Under the pieces are notes generated by a model that saw only the letters and a list, made by a program, of their open reading frames with translations, was not told where the DNA came from and did no database searches. Below are positions 13,401 to 25,400 of a stretch of DNA of 64,000 nt, one piece after another. The position numbers were made by a program, and so were the translations under genes. This DNA comes from Epiperipatus broadwayi (lineage: Eukaryota > Animalia > Onychophora), in assembly GCA_028023455.1 (NCBI GenBank), contig JAQFVV010000001.1, forward strand, positions 7,378,001-7,442,000, read 5' to 3'. Position 1 is the first letter of the stretch, and the number at the start of each line of letters is the position of its first letter.

Positions 13401-16400
13401 TTACACAAATATGTAGCATGTTTTAAATACTTCACTACTACTGATAGCTAATGGTTCTTATTGTGATCAAAAATGTTGAAAAGTTCAGCAAGCTAGGAAA
13501 GTACTTTTGATTTATAATATTCTTTAATGAATTAATCAAAATTTGTTGCTTTGATTTACTATTATTTTATATTTTAAGCTTGTACATTTATAGGAAATGA
13601 GATACTTATTTCCTTAAATAACTATTTCCTTTAGAAATAATATTTTAATTTTTCAAAGTTTCACTTCATTATTTATCTTAATAAATTATACTTTATACCA
13701 AATCATGAAAATAGAAATAAAATTTTACTTTATTTTTAATGTTAATTTTTTTTTTAATATTTGAATTAAAATTCCACATTAATCATGGATTATTTTTAAT
13801 ATACTGTATATACTCTTTAATTTGTATAGTATTTTTAAGATATAAAAGAAAGCAAAAATATAACATGAAAGGAGTCTTTCTTAAGAGATAGGATTAATGA
13901 CATGAAAATATTTATGGAAGAATTTATTCCAATTTTGAATTAAAATATGCAAATATATATTTTTATTATATAATTGAGTTGTGATTTTTATCTGCATAGA
14001 TATTTTCAAAAGGAAAAACAATAAATTAACTGTAATATTAATTAATAGGCAAGTCCTAGAAAAAACTTTTTGGAAATATTTCAGTAAATGTAATGTTTAG
14101 TTGCAAGATTTAGATATTAATAAAACTTGAATTACTTGAGTTTACATATCTTTGAAATCATGTTAGTAAATTTATAGATGTAGTTTTGTTACTATACTCT
14201 TAACAATATTTAAAATGAAATAGATATTCAGTACCTCATTTAAATTTCATTTAATGGTAATGATATCTAATTTTACTGCTGATAATCATGAAATCCAAAT
14301 AAATAACTTAAATTTGTTTTTCCATGCTGACTATAAAATCAGAGATAGAAGCCTTGAAAATCTCTGTTATAGATCTGGAATTGTTTTTTTTCTTCATATT
14401 ATTAATCTGTTAGCAGAGACTGTAACACTGCCTTCTAGAATTTTTTTGCTTCTCTCTAATAACTTATAGAAGTCTAATTTTTGATTTACCATATAGAGAT
14501 TTATGTGGTAGATTCTATGGATTTTTCATCTAAAAACTTTTTTAGTGAACATTCAGTTTTAGTTCTAAAAGCAGCAATCAATCATGGACTACAAGTTTCT
14601 CTGTTGTAATTTCTGCATAAAAGACATTGTAGAAGAATTAGTGTTAAAAGTGTTAATAAATTTAACATAATGATTGACTATATCAATCCAAGAAATGGTA
14701 CTGATGAGTTTAATAATTTACTCATTTTAGAATTGTTTAATTCGTCTGTATTAAATAAAATAATAAAGATGAAGTAGTCTTCGTTTTTGCTACTGACATG
14801 AATTTTTACCTGCTATCAATTCACTTTTTTTTATTATTGGGATTGGTATCAGTTTTCTTAAATCTTTGATATTAGTTTTTAGAATTATCTTTATTAATTT
14901 TAGATTGCAGTCACTTCTAAAGTTTCAAAAGCACTTCAATAATTGATTCTCAGTAATTGCATGAGAATGGTTTCTTATAATTTAGCTGACCATTTATTTT
15001 TACGTGTAAGAACAGGAGTCGTCCATTGTCCAATTCTGTAATTTCGGAATAACCCATTATTATAAATATTTTTTTAAAGATTTTGGATCATGAACAATTT
15101 CATCTTATTTGAAGAAATACTAAAATATATTGGATAACTTCAAAGACTGATAGATGTTTTCTTTAATATTGAGCAGGTAATTTTGACTCTAGAAGCAGAA
15201 TTTTGTATTTTAAATGTTATTATATTTGATGTTTATTGACTACTATTGAGAATTTTTTTTTTATATATAAAATCATATCCTATGGGTCTAGTTCTTTTAT
15301 ATTGGTCATTGGGTTTTTCTTTTAATTGGGCTAGTGTAACCACAGACATATAACTTCTGTACATTTTTTTTTACTGTGGTGAATTTTTTTTCCTTGTATC
15401 ATATTTAGCCATTTGCTTTCTAGAATTATTTCTCGACTTGATTTTGTATAGATTTATATAATGAAATTTAAAAGAAAAACAGAATGAAGGATTGACCAAG
15501 ATATGTTAATATGATAAATTATTATTTATATCAGTTTTAGATTGATAGAGAAGTACTTGATAATTTTAAGTCTTTCAAATAAGAAAATTGTAGCCATTAC
15601 ACAAAGAGATTTGATGAATTATGCTTTTAAAGGTTTAATTTTATTTGATTGTTGATAGAAGTAGATTGTTCATATGTAATTCCATGTACTGTATATATAT
15701 ATATAAAAAAAAAAAATGAGCAAAGGTGCCTTTACCTTTTTTAGCAGTTTCATTTATTTTATGTTTGCTATAAATAACAGATGATTACATGGTATGTGAT
15801 CTTTATTTATAGTGTTGGATTTGAAATACAATTTCAGTTTATCTTGATATGCATATCATCATTCAATGTGTGTGGATTTAGTTTAATTTGGAAAAAAGAT
15901 CATTTTAATTTCCGTGAATAGATATTTCAAACAATATTTTAGAATTGGATTATCTGATACAGATTATCTGACAGATTTCATCTCTCAATTTTTTCACCTA
16001 TTACATTTTTCACTTTAGTGTTTAATACAATAAGGATCATGTTAGAAGAGTGATTCAAAAAAACAGTAAAATGTTATGTATTTAATGAATGTCAATAAAA
16101 AAATAACTAACATAAAGAATTATTAGAATAAATGAAAAAAACTTTTAGGTCAAATATCTTTATAATTAAAAATTGTGAAATTAAATGCAATAAAAATTGA
16201 ACTCTCTTGTTTTTGATGCCAAATGTTTACTGCAATTGTGAACTAAAATTTGCATATATAATGATTCAGACTTGTTGCTTTTTTTATTATTATTATTTAG
16301 AAAGAATAAGTATCCTGAGATACTAAAATGGATTTTTTGAAGTTCATTTTACAATGAGAATAGTAAATTTAAATGATGGTGATTGTGAAATGAATTTGGC

Positions 16401-19400
16401 AATTTCTAATCTTACATATTGGACTTTTTTTTTTGCAGTTAATTATACTTTAGAATTAGCTTTTTATCATGTAGTCAATTATGATTGAATTTATAGAAGC
16501 CAGAAGCATTCATAATTTTGTTTCAACTTAATATGTCATATTCAGCTTTTTATATTGTGATTGTATTAGCAGGTAATGCAACACAAAACCTTATCCTGAT
16601 GTCTACTTAAATATACGTTATATATTTCTTTGTCTTTTGATGTGTCACATGAATGCTGAGAACTATGTTTTATATACAACTCTAAAAGTAGATTTTGTAA
16701 ATTTTACCAGAGACCACTTAACCAATCAGAATATTTAATGGTAGCTCAGAGAATTGAAGCCTATCATGAAATACAGATTTTTCTATAATCAGGATGCAAA
16801 AGACATAAATGATTTAAACTAAAGATTAGCCTTTCAAGCTAAGGTACATGCACTTTTTACGAATGTTAATAATAATAAATGAATACTTTCATTTCCAACA
16901 CAAGATAAAGTCTTCATTTATTATTATTAACATTTGTAAAAAGCGCATGTACGTTAGCTTGAAAGGCTAATCTTTAGTTTATTACAATTTATAAACATAG
17001 TGCTTTATAAATAAATGCCTCATTTATAAATGATTTAAGTAATATGGAAAATTAATGATAATTTACTTATTTTAGAAATGTTTTTCTTAAAACTTTTTAT
17101 TATTATTATTGTAACTTGATTGCACTAAATAAATAAATATTAAAATAGTTCCATACTACTGTTATAATCACTATAACCATAAATGATTTAAAAGAAAATT
17201 GTTAAATATTTCACATTATTATCTGATATATATATTTTTGCATTTTGAAGTAATATTATTCATTCTGATAAATTATTGTCCTATTTAATCACCTTTATAT
17301 ATTTATTCATTTACTCTTATCCTTGAACAAATATAGAATAATTTATGCTTAATTTGTTTATAAATATCAATTTTTTTTTATGCAGCCTAAGATTTTTGTT
17401 TGTCAAATGAATGCTAAGTTTATAGACAAATACATTTATTTTAAAAAGTATTAATAGATGGCTTAAATTTAATTAAAAGAGTGAAATTCCAGAGATAGAA
17501 TTGCCTGATTTTGAGATATATTTATATTTTTCAAATAGTCATTTTCTTGTTTCAATCATTATTATTTTTTAATTGTTCAATGAATGAATTTTTTTATTCT
17601 GTGTTAGTAAATATTTTCATAGTTGCACTATTAAAATCGGAATACAGACAGATAAATGCAAAATCTAATCCAAGATTGTATAGTAATAGCATAAACATAA
17701 AAGAGTAATTTCTAAAAACAAATCTGTAATTTAATTTTGAATTCTATTGTTTTTTGTTGTCATCTTTATGACCTAATTATTGAAATTTCTTGTGATTTTT
17801 TTTTTGCAAAAGTAATTGTTTTTTAAACTGAGTTATAAACAATAATAATTAAAATTTATATAATCAAAAATATTCTATAATCTATGCTTATATGTTAGAA
17901 TATAATTTTGACTAGATCATTATGTTGATATTATGAGAGGGAATCTACATTTTTTTAAAGGAATCATTATGTTTCATAGATTTGAAAACACTGACTAAGA
18001 AAGTCATTATCTTCTAAATTGTCATAAACTTATATATATATTTTATCTGGATATGTCTTGATTTTATTAACAATCAAATAATTTTTATTTACAATTAATA
18101 GTAATTTAATGCAAGTAAGCATTTTTTTTTATTGTTACATTAAAAAATATTTCCAGAATTTTGCTTGTGATCATGAAGATAGCTTGAATAAATTCCAAGC
18201 AAATCTATACACCCAATAAAAATAAAATAGATTTAATTAATAAATTACAAATGGTTCTGATACACTGAATAGGTAATAATATGAATACTGAACCCTATCA
18301 TTTGATGGCGCTCTTTTTCGCCCAATGCACATCAATATATCGATTCATAGGCCGCCTGGTGGGGTTCAATATTCATACTATTGCCACTGAATATTATTTT
18401 CAGACTTATAAATGATGAAGTATTTTATTTAAAATTTCTGAAATTTTCTTAAATATTTTGATATTTTTTAAAGTGATCATAAATAATCAATTTTTTTTTT
18501 AGTAATAATAACTATTGTAATTACAGATTAACTCTTTTCCGAGATCTGGAGAAACATGCAACATTACTAGAAAAAATGCTGGTCTGATGCTTACTAATCT
18601 TAGAAGTATATAATTTAGAAAAATGAATCAAAAACCAAATGCATCAGCTCGTATTAGCATCTGATTTAGCTGGAATAGTTAAGCCTGCTAATTGCTTTTT
18701 ATTATAAATGTAAAAGCATTTATTGTAATATATTTTATTATCTTTTAATTTTAAAGCTTGAATTTACATATTGGTGTAAAAAGCAATTATCATACTAATA
18801 TTATAGCAACTAATATGAAATATAAAAGTTTATATAAAAAAAAACATTTAAAAACATCCAATAAAAGATTAAATATTGAAAATGAAAATGAATGCATTAT
18901 GTAATGCAAAAAATTGAAAATCTAGCATGGAGAATTCTAGCCAGAATATCATATGAATGCCACTATAAAAATGAACCTAGAATAAATAAGAGAAAAACTG
19001 TACATGAAGAATTGTAGAAACTTGGAAAGTTTATGTACTGAAATTAAGCAAAATGCTGAAAATCGGATTCTGTGGAGAAAATTTGTTGCAACCTTATATT
19101 CCGTATAGGCAATTATGAAAGTATAATATACTCATTTGGTTTATTTAAAATTTGTCCATTTGTTGATAGATGGATCTACACAAAAATTATCTGAAAAATA
19201 TATTGTGATAATATATAAAGTAAAGTAAAATATATTACCTAATTTATTTTAAAATAATTTATAAAATTTCTTCCAATTTTTAAATTAAGAATATTTAGAT
19301 AAAATTATCATGTATGTTATACAATATAAAGTGTAATAATTTGAATTTTCAGAATTGCCATATTATTGAGGCATGAAATTCTCTTAAGAAGTGTATTACA

Positions 19401-22400
19401 GGCACACATGAATCAATTTTTGGATTCAATAAAAAAAAAAAAAAAAAGAATCACAGCTGATTTTTAGCATTTTTATATTTTTAGTTACTTAATTAAAAGG
19501 AAAAATGGTGTTTACTGTATATCATTATAATAAATTGAATATGGAATTTTATACACTATAGAAATTTAAAAGATAGAATTTTAATGACTGACAAGAAAGT
19601 GTAAAAATGATTGGTGAATTAAAACAGCAAGGGAGATTCAGTTTTTCATTGATTCATGGTTACTAGATCTTTTTTGATGCATTCAAAATAATGGGGGACA
19701 TGAAAAATATGTTAAATTCATGATGGCACTCTTTTACATAGTAACAATGATATTCCAAACAGATAGAAGGGAATACTTTGATTTTTTAAATAATGACAGA
19801 AGAAGCATGTAGTAACTTTTAATGATATATCTATTTTATCCATTTAGATTTGGACTAAGATATCATCTCCTTCGGGAAATTCAAACATCTCTTTGTACTC
19901 TTAAAAACGGAAAGTCTGTAAGTTCTAATGAAGTTTAAAATATGGCAGTGATATGTTAATTATAAAAATATGGATATTTTTTTAAGAATGTATGGATTTA
20001 TAAAGTTATATTACCTGATTTTAAAAATGATTCTATTGTTTCAATTTGTAAAAATAAAGGGGATAAATATAATTCCCATGGAATATCATTGTTATTCACT
20101 ACAACAAATATGCTTTCAAGGATTTTATTAACTACCTCGCTTCTAGTCATAGATGAATAATACCAGAGATGGAATGTAGTTTTAGAAAATCATGAAGTAC
20201 TATAAAAATAAATTTTATTGCAAAGAAAATGCAAGAGAATTGTTGGGAACAAAGAAATAATTTATATATATATTGTTTTTAATATTTCGATCAAGGCATT
20301 TGATTCAGTCAAATAGATCTGCATCACTATCAGAATTTATTCACATTATTCAGAGTTTATATGAAGGAATGAGAGGAAGTATAATTACTATAGTAAAAAA
20401 TTTGAGTCATTTGAAATGAAAACTCATGTCAAACAAGGATATGTACTAACTTTGTTTTTGATTTTTTATAACAGTGGTCTTTGCTTCTGTTTATAGGCTG
20501 CTTCCTGAATCAGAAACCAAGATTCAATACAGGTTTGAATGATAGAATTTTTAATTTGAATTGACCAAAACTAAAAACAAGACCTTTACCTTGGTATCTG
20601 AATTTTAATATGCCAATGATTATGCAGTCTTTTCCAATTAAAAAAGGAATCTACACCAGTATTCTTCAATCCTTGGTCCGTGGCCCAGCACCGGGCCGTG
20701 GAACTTTTCTGCAGGTCTGCGTGCTAGACGGGCAATAAAAAGTTTGTAATAATAAATAATAAGAGTTTAAACTTTTAATTAATATAGCCAATTTTTATTT
20801 ATTTTTTCATCTCATTTTTACCCAATTAAAAAAAAAAAAAAAAGAAAACAGAACGAAAACAAAATCTAATCAATCATTCATAAATTAATTTGTTTTTCTA
20901 GTTATCACAAATGTTTATTGGGGGGGGGGGGGTAGAATTAAATTTTTTATTACTTTTCTAAAAAAATAAAAAAAAAAGTTTTTTATTATATAAACTCCAT
21001 ATATATATAAAACTTTATCTTATATATTTAACATTGTTGTTTTGATCAGTTATAACAATTATGCTTATCTTTAAGAAAATTTATCTATAGACTTCTGCCG
21101 GCCAGCGAAATCTTATCCTTATTTTTGCTGGTCCGCGGAACCTTATCCTTATTTTTACCGGTCCGCAGGTGTGAAAAGGTTGAAGACCACTGATTTACAC
21201 AACACCCTTAATGTTTTTAATGTAACATATAAAGCCGTTGATTTAGTAATTAATATTCAAAAAACTCAAACCTTCTTTCATCCAATGATAGAAGAAAAAA
21301 TCTTCAGCAACTTTTAGTTTGATATGGGAGTCAATTTAAATTATCTTGGTGTTTTTTTAACTTGGAAATTGGATTTTATATTGAGATATATCACAGACTC
21401 CAATGGACTGCTTTTAACAAATTGAAAGATAAAAGTATTTCATTATAGTGATATAACTAATGCAATTAAATTAGTTGTGTGTAGAACTGTTATTTTACCT
21501 GATTTATTGTATGAAATGAGACATGGACTCCCTAATGATGTAATATAAAAATATTAGAAAAATTTCATTTAAGAATGATAATAAGGTGACAGGCCAATCA
21601 TTCTATTTTTCAACTTGCTGAATATAATAATAACAAGTTTTCTATTGAATTGCATAAAGGATTTATGATGAACTTAGATATGGTTTTCATAGGACAAGCT
21701 GATGTATCTCATAGACAATCCATACATGTAATATTGATTGTTTTCATTTGGGAAGATATGGCTGAAGATAAAGTACATTGAAGAGCTACAATTAGATAAG
21801 GTGTTGAAGTCTTTCAGAAAAGAAAGTTTTCTGTAAAAGAAGTTAAAAGACATTATCATAAACATCAAAAACAGACTATTCAATCAGCATTTTATCATTG
21901 CAAAATTCATCTTTAGGATATTTTTTTATCTTCCCGATATTGTATGCATATTCTGTTGATTTATGACTCCATGAACCAGTTTTAAAAAGAATATTAGAAG
22001 AAAAAAATAAATATATATTACTATTGATAGTTATTGAAGTGTGAGATGAAGGGTGAGCTATTAAAATTAAAAAAGTTTGACATATTACTTTTGATTCTAA
22101 AATTGCAAATATAGAGTAACTAAATGAATGAATAATATAACTTTAATTTATAAATTGTCTTCAATATCTTTGCTTATGACACAGGTTGTACAGCAAAATA
22201 ATTGTTGACAATTGGAGAGTTAACAGAAAATGTTTTGTGAGTTTCTACTAGTGTAATAATAATTAAAACATTATATAAGAATTATATAAATTTTAGAAAA
22301 TAACTTTACATTTAATATATATAATTATCTATTGCATCATTTTATATATACTTAGTGTATGGAAATTTTTTTTACTGAGGCTATTGATGAGGTAATGTTG

Positions 22401-25400
22401 GTGAAAGACAAATTATAACTCAATAATTTACAATTAAGAATTGTTAACGATTTGGCTATTGTTTATACATTTACAAACTTCTGAGTCTATTTTTGAATTA
22501 AACTTTGTAAAAGTAGGTTATATTTTTATATGTGTTATTTATATTTACTAATAATGAATATTTTTTAAAATAAAGTGACATGAATTAAAATTACCCATTC
22601 TAATTTGCTTATTAGTTCAGAATAAATTCATTATAAGTTGTAATAATCATGACTTTGCTGGTAAATGTGTTTTTTTTTTTCATTAGTGTTATAAGTATAG
22701 TAATTTATTTTACAATAGGACGGATAATCACTTTTAATTTATACTTTGAAGATTTGAATTTATATTTTTATAGTTGTATTTTTGCTCATTCAGAATTGAT
22801 GAATTTATATTTTATTGAATTTGACTCTTAATATACTTTAAAATTTATTTTGAGTAAATTCTGAAATGCTCTTAGTGAGTTGATGTTAACTGTAAATAAT
22901 TTTTTTAATGTAAAAATTGTTATTCTATTTTCAGAATATCGAATTAATTAAAAAAAAAAACATGTAAAACTTGATAAGATGCATAACTTACGGAAAGCTA
23001 TCCCACTGACATGAAATTGTAATTACTAAGATTGTATCAGATTAATACATTTAATATTTTCTCTAATTAAATAAAAAATTATATAAAGTATTATAACAGT
23101 AGCTGGGTTCAAATACAGCTACTAAAGGAAGTAAAAGGCAATAATGATTACAAAAGAGTGTTTATTGTGGTTGTTATTATGGATTGAATTAGTAGATGCG
23201 AGAAAATTTATAGATATACATTCGAACCCTGTTACAAAAGAATGTGAGTGAAATACATTAACCATTTAAAGGCGTAAGCATATACATATATATTTATTAC
23301 ACATGTTATTGTAATTGTTGCATAGAATTAGTTACTAACAGATAGATTTGTATGTGAAGATGAAGAGGAGCGGTTATGTGCGGAGTTGTATTTTATTTTT
23401 TTGTTTTATATATTTTGTTGTTTATTACCGTAAGTTATAATTATTGAAATAATATGATTAGTAGCGCATGTTTCTTAACAAAAGCAAATTAAAAATAAGG
23501 CTAGAGAGAGTAATAAAAGTGGTTTGCAAGTTGTGATACGGGTGATTTCTGTTAATGACACTTGTCAGAATTCCAAGAACTGGCCATTTAGTATTTTGGA
23601 ACAATGGAAACCTGATCATGTTAAAAGCATTCCTGAGATAATGGTCATTGGTATGGATAGAAAAAAAAAAGGGGGAAAGAGAGATAAAAGAAAAGAACTA
23701 TATTATTTTTTTTTGATTTTGGGGTGATTCGGAAAAGTGACCGTTATAGAGAAAGAAGTGCGGAAAGTAAATTTTAATAAAGTGATTTTATTAATTAAAT
23801 AATAAGAATGGACTCCATTGAAATGCTGGGGTAAAAGAAATGTGGATTCATTAAACCGGCCCAGTGTACAGCTAGTTTTGTGACCTGCCTGCCACGATGA
23901 TCTTTATCTATGAAGATTTTTGACTGTCTATTTCAAGCATGTGAAGTGATTGCAGAACTCCAAACAGCAAGAACTTTCATGCACTCAATTTTAGAATCAC
24001 CTACCTAACCTTTAGGATGGATTATCATATGTGAAAATGTTATGGAATCTTTCATTTTCCAGACCAACAATTTTCGCTAGAACAATCGCCATTGTAATAC
24101 TGTAAGCTTACAAATCATCCACCTTAAACACGAGAACGTTCGTCCTCAAAGGAAGTAACTATGACTTTCTCTCTATATATTGAATGAACATATAATAGTT
24201 TAATACTAAATTAAGAAATGTGTGCTTTATCCCTACTTAAAGAAAGGAATTATAGAAAATAGATTAAATTATTTAATAAATACAACTCTGACGCATAGTT
24301 GCACTGTTTCATGAATGTGTATATTGATATTATATATGTGTATTGGAATGACTGAGTCATATGCTTGAGATATTAGTATATACATGTATTAATAAATATT
24401 AGAATTTTAAGCTATAACTTGTGTATTTATTTGAATTACGAGATTCTTATAATTTCTGGGTTATTATTTATAAAAGCTTACTGATATTCATGACCGTATA
24501 TCTCTAAGAGAAATAAAATAATAAGATTCGTAGGGCAGATAGGAAAATTATAAAAGTATATAAATGACATTTCTTTGTAAGATAACCTTGGCTTCGTTCT
24601 CCCGATAGACATTGTCTCCCAGACCTTGAGACTGAGCTAGTCTGGATAAAGCACCCAAAAAGGGTCCACTGGACCTTTTTGTTTTTGAGGGGTATAATTT
24701 TTTATTAATTGGTAAGATTAGGGCTTGAGGATGGACTTGTTCGATGCTCATAAATATACCTACTCGAAATACAGGTAATAACCGGTTCTCACTTAAATTC
24801 TTAGAATAAGATCACGGGTAGACTGTTAAAATGGCTTCCCAACGAATGGGACGGCGAAGGTTGGAGAATGAGATTTAAAAAGGGCTTCCCAACAAAAGTT
24901 GGAGAATGATTGTTTTTTTTAAAGCAAAGAGAAAAAACAGAAAGAAGTCACATCTTTGTATTATCTGGTCACTCAGATAAAAACAAGTGATTATGACAAG
25001 TTTAAAAATATATTGAAATGGTGGCATATTTTGCGATATATAGATATACTTCCAGAAAAGGTCTCAAATAGTCAGAATAGAAAATAACATTGATGATCGA
25101 TAAGGTTTGTTCAGTGAGATATATAAAGTCATATAATTCATAGAATAGGGGTTTAAGGATTTTACCAATATTTGGGATATTACAAAGCAATATCTTTCCA
25201 TAAGGATAGAAATGAGTGGAGGAAGGTTCATCAGGTGGGTCAGTCAGTGTACCACTGGGCGCCGGGGTAATGAACCTGGCACATTTAGTTGGATTAGTAA
25301 TAGATATACACTAACAGAATAAATAGGTATCGAGAAAATAAAGTGAAAAAAAAATGAAGAAAATGGACCAGCAAAAGACTGGGGAGGAGAAAGAACTAAC

